A stretch of 64,000 nt of DNA from assembly GCF_009834535.1 (NCBI RefSeq), contig NC_045697.1, forward strand, positions 17,734,001-17,798,000, in the 5' to 3' direction. This document shows positions 36,891 through 49,400 of the stretch, piece after piece; the first letter of the stretch is position 1, and each line of letters begins with the position of its first letter. The notes under the pieces were generated by a model. That model made no database searches. It worked only from the letters and a program-made list of their open reading frames with translations, and was not told the DNA's origin. The stretch comes from Camelus ferus. Its lineage: Eukaryota. Position numbers and translations under genes: made by a program.

Positions 36891-37134
36891 TGCAGTCAAA
36901 TTCATGGAGAAAGAAAGCAGATGGGGCTGGGATAAGGGGGAAGGGGGGGAGTTACTGTTTAATGGGCACAGAGTTTCAGTTTTACAAGATGAGAAAAGCT
37001 CTGGAGATGGATGGTGGTGATGTTTGAACAGCAATGCGAATGTACTTAAAGTCGGGAACCTGACAGTTAAAAGTGGTTAAAATGATACATTTTATGTTAC
37101 GTATATTTCATCACAATTTTTAAAATAAATATTT
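36891..37134 (+). mobile_element. L1MB-like 3' end with preserved 17-bp TSD
   Basis: tttaatgggcacagagtttcagttttacaagatgagaaaagctctggagatggatggtggtgatg. TSD TAAAATTAGGT[C/T]TGGGT at 36874-36890 and 37135-37151. Confidence 0.88.
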
Positions 37135-37509
37135 TAAAATTAGGTTTGGGTAACTCCAAGGTCTGCGTTAACCTGGCCCCAGGGCAGAGTGAGGGCTACT
37201 CAGTGGTGCTGGTATTGGACGGACGGCAGTCAGGTTGATTCTAGGTCTAGACTTCCCAGGAAACTAAGGAAGCTTTAGATGACTCATTTTTTTTTTTTTC
37301 TTAAATGCAGTGTTTAAAGTTCTCAATGTCTATCGCAAATGCAGAGTCACTTATTACTAAGAAGAAGGAAGAAGAAAGTAGCTCCGATCCCAGTTGTCCT
37401 TTTCCCAGGCTCCCCCGACACGCTCGCTGGCTGTGCACTTTCTCTGCATCCTCCCTCCCTGCAGGTCACCTCGGGACTCAATCCGGGCTCCAGCCCATCC
37501 AGCCGGAGT

Positions 37510-37682
37510 TCCCAGATCTGGTTGCACATCAGATTCACCTGGGGAGCTCTAAAAACATACCGATGCCCAGGCTGCAGCCCAATTCAATTAAATCAGCCTC
37601 TCTAGGGTGGGGCCTGGGCACCAGCGCTGTTTTAAAAGCTCCCCAGCTGATATTAATGTGCTTTCTGGCTGAGAACCGCTGA
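37510..37682. mobile_element. MER5A-like hAT MITE (other copies ~39570-39735, 42240-42305, 47349-47510, 50143-50340, 60190-60340)
   Basis: cacatcagattcacctggggagctct..aaatcagcctctctagggtggggcctgggca..ctgagaaccgctg. Confidence 0.75.
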
Positions 37683-40304
37683 CGACAGCCTAGTCTGAGT
37701 TCTTCCCAGCTGCCTTCCTGCAGAGAGCACTGAAAAGCAGGCACTTCGGACATGCTCAGGCTCAAGTCCCATCTCAGCCCCTCCTGTGTGGTCTTGGGCA
37801 CTTTGTATAACCTCTTTGGTCCTCGGTCTTCTCATCTGTTCAATGGGGACAATAAGAATAATGGGATAATGTGTGGGAAACAGGGCAGCGCCTGGGATGC
37901 AGTTGAAGCACTTGGTACCTGATGATACGTATTATTATGAATGCTTTCTGTTACTGTTACTTCCTGGGGTGAGGATGGGCTTGCTGTCTTTCTACAGGAA
38001 CCCTTTAACTTGCAATTTGTCACCTGCTCCATCGAGACCCCTCAGGTTCTATCAAAGGCAAGGGAGGGGCTGTCTCTTTTTGTCCCTTAACATGCCCCCT
38101 CCTTCTGCCAGGCACCTGCTGTTCCCTTCAAACTCTGCTTCCACTCAGAACATTCTAATCCTATTAGGCAAAACCAAACATGAATATAAACAATCAAATA
38201 CAGATTTCTTCCTAGCATGCACCTATCTAAAAGTGTGACAGGAATGTTTTCATGGGAGGTGGCCCTTTAACCGCAGCTTACAGGAATTTGTTCAGGTTGG
38301 TTTGGAGCTTAGGAGTACAAAGCAGTAACAGGTTGGTGCTGATCCGAGTTAAACCAGGTTTGCTTTTTAATCTCCCTAAACAAACCCGAAGCAGGCAGGC
38401 TGAGACAAGAGGCACGCTGGGGCCAGACCCCTGGAACTGGTGGGAAAGTCAAAACAGCTGGGGCCTGGAGGGACCATGCTCCGGGAGGTAGCCTAGGAAT
38501 GGAGTGACCTTGAACTTGGTCACAGCAGGAGGAGAAGCCCAGAAGCAAAATTGCCAGGATGCTGTGACGCTCAGCCTGCTTCCAGACATTGTAGTGGGTG
38601 GAGGTTTATTCTTGCTTTACTGATTGCATATACAATTAAATACAGGTCAAGCCCCCACCTACCAGAGTAACTTTCTTGGGAATGATGCTTTAGGGGGTTA
38701 GGTGGAGGGAGGCAGGTGTTCTTAAGTCATCCAGAGCATCTCTGAGGGACCTCAGAGTCAGTGTTGACAAGCCCATTGTCTGAGACTCCCAGCACCTCCG
38801 GGTACTCCGGGGGAGCCTCCCAGAAAACCATGCTTGGTGTGTCACCTTCAAGGTGCTCTTCATGACAAAGGAACCAAGGTGAAGCCACCTCCTGCCACTC
38901 TCCCAAACCCAAATCCATACCCTTTGGTCTCTGGCAACTTTCCTCCTGGTTCTTGCCACTTCAAGGTCACCCCCTTAACCATCAGTGCCTCAGAATCCTC
39001 ATCGATAAAAGGAAAATAGTAGCCATTGTGTCCTCCTCACAGGATCAGGTCACAGGGAAGAGTAAGTGAGTTAATGTAAAGCCCTTGGCACAGAGCCCAG
39101 CACCAAGTAAGTGCTGCAGAGGGATCAGCTTTGTCAGTGCTGCTAACCCTCCGGTGCCCCTGACCCTCAACATGCCCCCAGCCTCCTCAGCCTCCCTGCA
39201 GCCCTTAGCCTCCTAACCTAAGCTTTCAGGAACGGAGCCTCTTCCTTCTACCCCAAGGGTAACAAAATACTTAACTCTCGGGATTGCAAGGTTCCAAGCT
39301 CTGCTTCCCTCTTGAGGAAGGGAAAGACCAAAATAGAAAAGAAAAGAAAGAAAAAAAAAAGCCTTTCATATTTACTGACTCATCTGCAATTACAAGGCCA
39401 AACAGAAACTAGTACCTCAGTCTCTTTGCCAGCAGCTGGGGGCCTCAGTGAGAGGATAATCCAGTCCCCCAAGAAGAAAGGCCATTTATTCGTTTGTTTA
39501 TTTTGTATTAAGCACCTACTGTATACCACTAAGATAATCCCCCTTGCTCTCCAGAGACGGCAGCCCTGGACAGTGTTCTCAACCCTGGAGTCACCTTAGG
39601 ATCACCTGGAGAGCTTTTAAAAGTACCAGTGCATCCAGATCCAGTAAATCAGAATCTCACAGGGTGGGACCCAGGCGGCAGTATTTTTTAGTTCCCCCAA
39701 GGGGTCCAATGTGTAGCCAAGCAGAGAGCCAGTGATGTGCGAGGTCCAGCAGGTAAAAGATGATTTTCAGTCCAGTGTTGCTAGACCTGGCAAATGATAT
39801 ATAGTCTACGAATTATATCCCAGTAGAGATGTTGGAAACAAATCCACAGACACGTGTCGGGGTTACAAGAGCCCAGGGAGGGCTACCTGATTCCGACCAG
39901 GGATGTGGGTTGGAAGCAAAGGCTCTCAAAGGGGGGAGTATCCCCTCTGCTTAGATAGCAGCAGTAGTCAGACACGCTAGGATAATGAAGGCATTTCATT
40001 CTCATTACTAACGCAACAGCCACTTATATTATTGACAGTATAGGACACACTGCATAATTAAGTCTGCTAATGAGTATTAATAAAATTGGCACTTTTTCTT
40101 CATTTGGATGAATACTTCTCAAGCCTCAGAATAGCTTTTGGTGGTTTAGTTGGAGCATGTCGGGAACTGTAGGAGAAGTCTGATGTGTGAGCGAAAAAAG
40201 CATGTCCTGGACTAGAAAATCTCAGAAGCAGCTTTGACTCAGCCCTTCCGTCTGCCCTGGATCTAAGCAGTCACCAGTCCTCTTAGGTCTCTGCGGTGAA
40301 CAGA

Positions 40305-41125
40305 CCCCATATGTGGCCCCAATAATTCCTCCCCTTCCTGTGCTTGCATGCCACTCCTCATATCTGTTTTCCCTCCCCTGGGATCTGGACTGGTCTGTGA
40401 CGTTTTGGAAGTGGAAGTGGCTTTCTGAACTTCCAAGCCTAGGACTGAAGAGGACTGGCAGGTGCTACTTTCCCTGGAGCCCAGACGCCATGCTGGAAGG
40501 AAGTGCAGGCTAGCTGACGGCATGGTCAGCAGTTATGCACGGAGAGAACCCTTGGAGGAGGCTATGGACTGAGTTGCATTCCCCCAAATTTCATGTTGAA
40601 TCCCCAGTGTGACTGTATTTAGAGGTAAGTCCTTTCCGGAAGGAATTAAGATAAAAAGAAATCATAAGGGTGGGGCCCTGATCTGATAGTATTAGTGTCC
40701 TTATAAGGAGAGAGATCAGAGCGCTGTCTCCACATGTTCACACCAAGGGAAGACCATGTGAACACACATCAAGAAGGTGGCCGTCTACAGGCCAGGAAGA
40801 GAGCCCTCACAAGAAACTCCTTGGACTATCTGGCCTCCAGAACTGTAAGGAAATGCATTTCCGTTAAGGTCTCAATCTACCGTATTTTGTTAGGGCAGCT
40901 TGAGCAGACTAACACACAGGCTGAGAGGCCAACCTGGAAGTTTCGGATCTAGCCAAGCTCCCAAGTGAATGGAGACACATTAAAAACTCCAACTGAGGCT
41001 AGTAGAAAATTACCTGGTGGAGCCCTAGCCAAATACTTAACCTACAGAATCATAAGGAAATTAATAAATCGTTGTTCTAAACCACTAAGTTTTGGAGTCT
41101 TTTGTTATACAGCAGTAAAAGCTAA
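40305..41125 (+). mobile_element. Nested MaLR LTRs: MLT1A-like (40561-40915) inside an MLT1F-like LTR
   Basis: Inner: ctatggactgag...tattagtgtccttataagg...cagactaacaca. Outer resumes cctacagaatcataag...aaccactaagttttggag. Confidence 0.75.
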
Positions 41126-41249
41126 AAAAAAAAAAAAAAATCTCCTGTGACACATTTCCTTCCCACTGTGTAGCACCACAGTGTGACCTAAGCAAGCCCA
41201 TTTGGTCTCACCCAGCTATTAGCTGGGTAGCTCTTAGCCGTCTCCCAAT

Positions 41250-41720
41250 AAGGGTTTTTAATCTGTGGGTCATGGAATTCAAGAAGGTCCATGAACTGGA
41301 TAAATATATTTATTTTCATTAAACTTCAATTGAAATTTAGCATTGTCTTTAATTATGAATGAGGCAACAAACCACAGTAGTATGAGTATTTGTGACTTTG
41401 TCATTAACAGAAATCACAGATAGATTTTTTTTCCACATCATATTATAATTGTTAACAAATACCCTAAAATATCTTTCATGCTGATCACTACCCACTGCTA
41501 GACCTTGGTATTTAAGGTGGTAATAAAGAAGTGTATATATTATTATAATACATGTATTAATATTTTGATGGCTGTAATTCTATGTAATTCATTTTTTCCT
41601 TAATACTAGTATTTTGCTTTTATGCATTAAAACTATTTTCTATTTTCCTGCAATGGTATCTACAGACTTCACCAGACTGCTGAAGGGGTCCATGGTTCTA
41701 AAAAGCAATATGAATCCCTG
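41250..41720. mobile_element. hAT-Charlie (Charlie4-like) remnant
   Basis: agggtttttaatctg..ggtccatgaact ... cttcaccagactgctgaaggggtccatgg...aatccctg termini around an AT-rich body. Confidence 0.65.
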
Positions 41721-42879
41721 AACCAGAGGTATGTCTGGGGAAAAGTTCTCTGCTCCACACATTTCCCAACAGGTTTCATTGAAAGCAAGTTTCAGGCTGA
41801 GTCCTGCCACCTACACAGTTACTCACAAGCTGGCACTAAAGCAGTGCCTACAACTTATTCTGGAAGTGAGATCACGTTCTAACTGCCTCTGTCTTTTCAG
41901 GAGTTCCTACAGCATCTCATCTGAAAAGTTCATTCAAGGCAATATCCCAGTTGCAGGTTTCAGCCAACTAGCAACTAGGAAGTTTTCCAAAAATCAAAAT
42001 AAAAATAGCTTGAATAAGAATAACATAATAATGGCTAACAGTTAATTGAGAACTTGCTACTTCCTACACTAAGTGCTCAACATGAATTAACTCTTTAAAT
42101 CCTCACAACCACGAGATAAGGTCAGCATATTATTATACCCATGTTACAGATGAGGAAACTGAGGCTCACAGAGGTTAGTATCTTGATCAAGTTCACATAG
42201 TCCATAAGTGATAGGACACCAATTCCGCAGGTAGAACCCAGGTGTTGGTATTTTTTAAAGCTTCCTGCCAGGTGATCATGTGCAGCCAAGTTTGAGAACT
42301 CATGCACTGTTGGGCTCCCTGGATTCTTCGCCTCTGTTCATGCAAGAGCAAGAGTTCCTGTATAATATTTCAAGCCCATCCACACATAGGGAATACCACT
42401 GATTTCACCAATGAAAAATAATTGCAAGCTTCATTGCATTAACCAACAAAGCTTCTGATATTGATCTGAGACAAAGACAGCTAAAAGCTTGTGGTAGCCA
42501 CCTCAAGAGGTTGGGCTTCTGATTTGAAGTGCTAACCAACCATCCTGAAGTCTTTTGGTTAGAATGCTTGAAATATTAATTGCCCTTAGAGTAGAGATTA
42601 ATACTAACCCACATACACTTACGTATTATACTATCTCTGTTATAAATTTTAGATTAACTAATAGACAACATGATACATTGCCATTACCTTCTTTTCCTTC
42701 TTATGTTGAGGAATGTAACAATTCTCCCCATCTGCCCTGTAGTCACAAGATGTAATTTCCTAAATCACCTAATTAAGAGTGTTAACAGCTCTTTTTTTAA
42801 TTCCAAATCATAATCATGTAACTTTAAGAGCAGGCGGTGTTTCCCTGCCCCTTGAGATCAAGATATGATCACCTCCAGC

Positions 42880-42970
42880 CAACCTATCCCCTACTTCATT
42901 CTTTATCACCCACCATTTTGTCAGCAACCTATCCCCTACTTCATTCTTTAATCACCCACCATTTTGTCAG
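42880..42970 (+). repeat. Near-perfect 45/46-bp tandem duplication
   Basis: caacctatcccctacttcattcttta(a)tcacccaccattttgtcag twice (42880-42924, 42925-42970), differing by one inserted A. Confidence 0.97.
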
Positions 42971-43345
42971 TGTCTGAGGTTTTACCCTATTTGCAAACTA
43001 AAAAGTTAGCCTGCTATAGTTTCTTAGGTGCCGGCAGAAGACAGGAGACTCTCGGGTCAGAAACAAAGAGATTTATCACTCATAGCACAGCAAGTAGCAG
43101 AGGATGCTGGATGCTGGCATTGGTTCCCATGGCTCCCACGTCCTATGGGGATGATGTGGAGGGGCCCAGGTGGATTTGCATCACGGCTGAAGAGAATTGC
43201 ATTTAGGGAATTTATCCCTTTTAGAGTAAGCAATAAGCAAATCTGCTCTTTGTGTGACAGGAGACAGTATTGCTCACTGCAAACACAACCCTGAGAAATG
43301 GCCCAGGTAAAGAGCACTCAGTACTTGTATCCTTGGCCTCTTAGC
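42971..43345 (-). mobile_element. ERV-class LTR fragment (family not assigned)
   Basis: Begins TG: tgtctgaggttttaccctatttgcaaactaaaaagttagcctgc..gggtcagaaacaaagagatttatcactcatagcacagc, resembling the antisense of an ERVL-type LTR 3' end. Confidence 0.55.
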
Positions 43346-44837
43346 AGAGGTGAGCAGTGCCCGTGGTGGATTACCTCTTCCAGTGCCCATTACTTTGTTT
43401 CATTTTCATCTCAGCACCTACCTTCCTGGTGTTTTTTCATTCATTTTTCTTACAGGTCTCTCTTAGTGCAGTGGCAGCTCCAGGAGGGCAGGGCCCTCAC
43501 TGTCTGTCATTTATTGCTATTTCCCCATCACCAAGGATCACACCTGGCCTAGCCCATTGAGGTACTCAGTAAATGCTCATGGAATGAATCAGTAGGACTG
43601 GCCTCAACTTCCAACATGGGCCAAAAATTCCCCACTCCAATCAAATCAAGCAGAATTCTTAGCTGCCCCCAAATATGCCTGGTCTTGTGGCTTCTGCTTA
43701 AAGAAGCCTCTGCCACAGGGCTTGCCTCCCTCCTCCCACCATACAGCCTCACCTACCCTCTAAGTCCAGGTCAAGCTCCCTCTTTCAACACCCTTCCACC
43801 CATAAGTCTTCCTCTTTTTTTCCAAAAGTCCTCCTCTTTGGCCTTAGGCATTATTATTATTGCTACCATCACCCTCTTCTTCTCTATCATTATTATGTAG
43901 TTGCTAAGGCTTAAGAGTCTGGTTAAAATGTAAATATCCCTGGGTGGAGAGAATAAAGAGAGACGAGACCACAGAAGTAGTAAAGGCTAGTGGTAATAAG
44001 CTCTGGACATCAAGGATGTCTGGCCTTAGGCAAGCAGTTTAACCTCTCTGTGCCTGGGTTTTACCATCTGCAAAATGGGAATAATGACCTTACTTGCCTC
44101 CTAGGGTTATTCTGACGATTAAACTAACTGTTTTATGGAGAGTATGTAGAAGAAGGCTTTTTGGTTATTTGTGTCACAAGGACTACCTGCCCTGCGGGAT
44201 GCTTTAGATGTGTTCTCTGGAGATCCCCTGGGGAATGCCTCATCCCATTCAAGTGCTAGTCCCATGGAAGGGCAGAGACGTAGACTTCTGGTTCTCCTGC
44301 ATCCCCTGCAGTTCTTCATTCTGCCCCCAGAGCACGTGACTGCTGGGGGAGGGGATGTGAAAAGCATATTCCTAGATGAAATCAAGTCTTTCACAGAAAT
44401 GGGAGGATGTGTTCACTTAAACAGCCCTAAACAAGAAAGGACTGTTTCATGACTGTGGTTATGGTCAAAAAGAAGAGCCCTATTGAGCCAAATAGGGAGC
44501 AGTTATCCCACATTTCAAGTCTGGTAATAAAGGCAAGAGTTACAGTAGGTAACCTTAAGCTGGGTTTTCTGGGCTGTAGGAGGCAAGTGTTTCTAATCAG
44601 GGTTGGATGGCCTGAACCAGTCTTTCTCCCTCAGTATCATTTTATTAAATAACAAGAGATTAAATGTTCACAGAACTTCACAAAGCATCTAAACAGAACT
44701 CATCCCCTTTAATCTTTACATTTCTAGGAGGTAGGTAGTTCCACCAGCCTCATTATCACCCCTCTTTACAGAGGAGGAAACTGGGGCACAGAAAGCTACA
44801 AATAATAGAGCTTGGCATCAAGCCCTGCCCCACCCCA

Positions 44838-45273
44838 ATAGTAAGCAGAATTCTAAGTTTCCCTAATCCCTAGAACCTATGAATATGTTTCCTTGCATGA
44901 AAAAAGGGACTTTGTATTTATGATTAAGTTGAGAATGTTGTGATGAGATTATCCCAGATTATTTGACTGAGCCCAATCACAAGGGTCCTTATAAAGAGGA
45001 GGTTTGAGTCACAGATTGGAAGGTGCTGCTGACTTTGAGGGGGATGGGTACAAGTCAGAGAGTGCAAGTAGCCCCTAGAAGCTGGAAGAGGCAAAGAAAT
45101 CGATTCTCCCCTGGAGTCTCAGAAGGAATGCAGCTCTGCCAACACCTTGACTTTAACCTAGGTAGACTCATTTAGGACTTATGACCTCCAAAACTGTAAA
45201 ATAACAAATCTGTGTTATTTTAAGCCACTAAGTTTGTGTTAGTTTGCTATAGCAGCAACAGAAGACTGATACA
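44838..45273 (+). mobile_element. MaLR solo LTR (MLT1D-like)
   Basis: ctaatccctagaacctatgaatatgtt..aaaagggactttg ... ttttaagccactaagtttgtg ... gactgataCA. Confidence 0.85.
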
Positions 45274-46508
45274 GCCCCCAGTGTATGCATCCACCATGAT
45301 GTTTTCAAGAAATGTGTTATCTTTAAGTGAATTTATACTTGATCGAAACAGCACGGAAGGCATGTAGGGTCCAGATAGGCTCTCCAGCTACCCTGTCCAT
45401 CAGCTCCTGGAATTCCCCACTAGGAAATCAGAAAAGGCAGGATGGAGTGGTGGTTAGGAACATGCCTTCTTGAGCTGGTGGCCTCTGAGACCATAAACAA
45501 GTTATTTAGCCTCCTTGTGCCTCAGTTTCCTCATCTGTGGATGGGAATGAAAATAGTATGGACCTAAAGGGCCAGGAGAATTCACAGATGCTGGAAACAG
45601 TGCCTAGCACATGGCTGTCAACTGTTACCATTAAAGGACTTTTCATCCTTTAGAAGCTTGTTACAATTTAAACATGGCGGAAGGGATGTCGAGGGAGGAA
45701 GTTGGAAAAGAGTAGAGAGGGGTCACTTACTGAGCCCCTCCTGGGTGCCAGGCACTGTCTTGGGAACTCCAGACACATTTTCTGATCTATGTCTCCTGAA
45801 AACCAAGAGGTGAGGCTCAGAGGATTAAATGCCTAAAGTCATATGGCAGAGAAGAGGAGGCAGAATTCAAAAGCAGATCAGTCAGATTCCAAAGCCCTGC
45901 CGGGACCACCTCTCACACCTCAGCAAAAATTGATGGGAATTGAAGGGAAACTGGCAAGTCAGTTTATATTCTAAGCCTCAGTTTTCTCATCTAGATAAAG
46001 TAGATGAAGTGAAGGATAATGAAGTGAAGTCTCCCAGGACTTCTGGGAGAATTTAAAGAGATAACATGCATGAGCTTCCTTTGCAATTTGTCATTCAGAT
46101 GAAAGGCAAGGGGTGAGGAGTGAGGTAGGCAAAACATGGACAGAGCAGCTGGAATGGGGAACCAAGACCAGCCCTCGGCACTTCATCCGATCAGCATGTG
46201 TCTGGGCTGGGCATCGTGAGAGGTGCTGGACTCCCGGTCCTCAGGTCAGTCCTGTCTCCCTGGGGATGCCAGAGTCTTCTTTCTTAGAGAAAAAGTGGAG
46301 GCTTCGAGGAAAGTGCATGGACATTTCTAATTCATCTTCAGCACCACAACTAAAATGCTGGGTGGAGGATGTTCTGGCCCAGAGTATATCAATCAGCTGG
46401 TGGAATTTCCAGCCAGGAGTGGCTAGGCCCTTGGGGTCAGTTAGCAACCTTATCGAAGAGCAGATGCTTTGCAAAGGAAGAGAGGTCTCTGAGCTCCTTG
46501 AGCCCCAG

Positions 46509-46619
46509 TAGGGCAACCAATTCTGTTTTGCCCAGGACCGAGGGGTTTCTTGGGATACAGAACTTTCACTGCTGAAATTGGGAAAGCCCTAGACAAAGCA
46601 GGACAAGTTGGCCACCTTA
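46509..46619. mobile_element. MER94-like hAT-Blackjack MITE
   Basis: Terminal inverted repeats tagggcaaccaa ... ttggccacctta around ttttgcccaggaccgaggggtttc. Confidence 0.7.
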
Positions 46620-46866
46620 TTCCCAGGACTCTGCACCTCCCCTCACCAAAGCCCTATTTGGAACTCTCCCCAACTTGCCCTGGAATGGCAGGGATTTCAA
46701 GCCCTCAACTTTGGATTTCTTGCCTAAAGCAGAGATTGGCAATAGTTCCAAACTGATTGCAAACACTGTCCATTTGCTGAGTGCTTTACAATGTGCAGAG
46801 CACTTTCACATACCTCAACATGTTTAATCTTTAGAGCAATCTCAAGGTCAAGGAAAATAAGATAGC

Positions 46867-47283
46867 TGTATTAGGAATGCTTTAGGCTGGAAGAGACAGA
46901 AAACATAACTAGAGGGGCTTAAGCAAATAGGTTGTATATTTTTTTCCCAAAACAAGAAGTCTAGAGGTAGGCAGCTGCTGGATTTGACTCAGTTGCACAG
47001 TGATGTCAAGGTGGTTCTGCAACTCTCCTGGTCTTCCCTCATGGTTATGAGATGGCTGCCACAGCTCTGGGCATCTAGTTGCATACTAGGCAGGGAGAAG
47101 AGAGGCAAAGAAATAACACCCGCAGAATTCTGCTAATGGTTTGTGGCCAGAATAGTGTCACATGGCCATTTTCAGCTGCATGGCCATTAATAAAATCATA
47201 TATTTAGCTTTCTAACCTCTATAGTAGAGGAAAGTAAGGGTTTAAGAATGGTTTTGAATGAATCATCTATAGTATCTGCCATG
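46867..47283 (-). mobile_element. Old MLT1 LTR
   Basis: tgtattaggaatgctttaggctg ... aacaagaagtctagaggtaggcag ... gtcacatggcca. Confidence 0.7.
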
Positions 47284-47509
47284 ATAGGAATAGAGGACCA
47301 TTGACTAGAGGCTAGAAGGGGCTAGAATGATTTAGGATATCATGGAACCCAGTGGTCTCAACACTTTACTGCACATCAAATCACGTGAAGATCTCTTAAA
47401 GCAATGAAGCCCAGGCCCTATCCCAGAGCGCCCAAATCAGAATGTTTGGGAATGCACGCTGGCATCCTCATCTGTAAAAGCTCCACAGTTGACTAAAATG
47501 TGTAGATGT

Positions 47510-47725
47510 CAGAGCTGCTCTGTCCAATAAGGTAGCAACTAGCCCCATGCAGCTATCAACATTAATTGAAATTAATTAAAATTGAAATTAATTAAATTAA
47601 ATTTTAAATTTAGTTTCTTAGTCGTACTGTCTACATTTCAAGTAGTTGGTAGCCGCATGGGGCTAGTGGCTACCACACTGGTCAGCAGAGACATAGCACT
47701 TCCCATCGTCATAGACAGTGCTGTG
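47510..47725. mobile_element. MER3-like hAT MITE
   Basis: agagctgctctgtccaataaggtagcaactagcc ... catggggctagtggctacc. Confidence 0.7.
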
Positions 47726-48829
47726 ATTGGACGGCACTGTTCCAGCAGACCCTGGGAGAGAGAGCCTGTTAAGAATTTCAAGTCCCCTTAAATCTGGTTG
47801 GCTGAGTTGGAGACAATATAGAAGAGCAGTTAAGGGCAGGAACTGTGGGACAAGATAGCTTAGATTTCAAACCCAGATCCCCCACTTACTGGATGGGTCA
47901 CCTTGGACAAGTTACTTATCCTCTCTTTTTCCACCTGTAAAACGGAAGCGCTAACAGGATACCATCTCCTGGGGTTGCAGTGAGAATTCCTAGCTGAGAC
48001 ATGCGTTGTGCTTAGAACGGTGCCCTGGCATATGCTACCTGCCGTATGCGTCAGTCATTGGTGCTATCCAGGAGGCCTGACAGGTGGCCAAAGTGCCCAG
48101 AGGGGCCTTCGCTGGTCACACCTGCCATGTTGCCCCTCAACCCTACTCAGGACTGGACCCCGGCTGACTGGGGCCCTGCTGTGGGTATTTCTATGACATC
48201 CCTAAACCTGAGTCTGATCTCCTGGTGCTCAGCCAGCCAGCCCACCCTGGTCCCTGGTCCCTGGTCCCTGAGTAAGGTGAGTGAGAAGACGAATGAATGG
48301 ACAAACACATCCTTGTGTTCATTAGTGGAGTACAAGCAGGCCCTGTGATGGGTAACTTGGTCCTGGCGCAGCGACTGCAGAAGGTACAGAGGCAGGAGAG
48401 GCAGTCTGTGTTGCCCCAGGGAGGTCACTGGGTCTCCTGAGCATGTGGCACCGGAGCTCCAGAATCAGAGCTGTGAGCCAATACAGAGTACAGCCTCCGA
48501 GAGGCACAGAATCTCTGAAACCCAGAGCTCTCCCTCCTTGGGGAAAATTACAGCTTTCTAACCAGGGCGTTTGTGCACTGGTCTTCTTCTCAGGTTTCTG
48601 ATCCTCCTGAGGTGAAATAAGACTCTCAGCGCCCAGAGCTGCTCCCGAAGCCTTCCCTCTCCCCTCCATCTCACCAGACTGTTAACAGTGTCTAGGAATG
48701 GGGTCCTGGAAGGAAGAGGTCATTTACTGCACCAGAAATGAACAAGATGCCCCCTCCATGCCTATGAGGGCTCTCAGAGAAGGGGGGGGAAGCCCCCCAG
48801 TCAGCCCTGCTTCCCAGGGAAGGAAGGAC

Positions 48830-49400
48830 ATTTTCAGATGCAGCAACCTTGAGCTTGAGCACATCTGCTCCCGTTGTTCGCATTCCACAGCCTGGCAGAC
48901 ACGCCGCGATGGGTCCCAGTCATTAACTGGCTGTCAGGTTCTTCAGATGATGGTGCTAAAAATAGCGTGCTATAGATAGAACCTTCTCCCACGCAGGCAG
49001 GCACAGGCTGCAAATGGAAGCGGGGAGAAGGGGCTGTGCGGCTCTCTCCCCTAAAGGGAGGTTCGTGCCCATCTCCAGGCCCCCGCCGCGCTCGTAGGCA
49101 ATATCCTGCCTCCTTCGGCAGCATCCCTCCCTCACGACCCCCAGAGGCGCCCAAATGTTCCAAACGCGCACTGCCGGGCAGGGCGCACTGCGGGGCGGTT
49201 CATTTGTATGCCGCACCCTGGATAACAGAGATAAGGCCCCAAACACTCCAAGGAGACCGCGCAGATGAATCCAGCACTGCTCGCTCGGGAGGCGAGCTAT
49301 TTATAGAATCCAAATATCAGCATTTTCCACCCATTTACACAAAGCAATTTCAGTCTTTTCAGATGAGAAAAGTGCAGCCCGGGCCGTCATTCATTCCGGT
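48830..49400. promoter_or_regulatory. Orphan CpG-rich candidate enhancer/promoter with a MEF2 and bHLH E-box cluster
   Basis: Non-repetitive and CpG-retaining. MEF2 CTAAAAATAG (48956-48965) and CTATTTATAG (49297-49306); five CAGATG/CATCTG E-boxes; paired GATA sites (49221-49235); GC box (49192-49198). Confidence 0.6.

Noticed and set aside
11172..42970. Direct repeats considered as a CRISPR-like array or as paired LTRs of a novel element
   Set aside because: Each repeat has only two copies, with no regular repeat-spacer periodicity, no cas or retroviral ORFs and no LTR termini; the context is mammalian.
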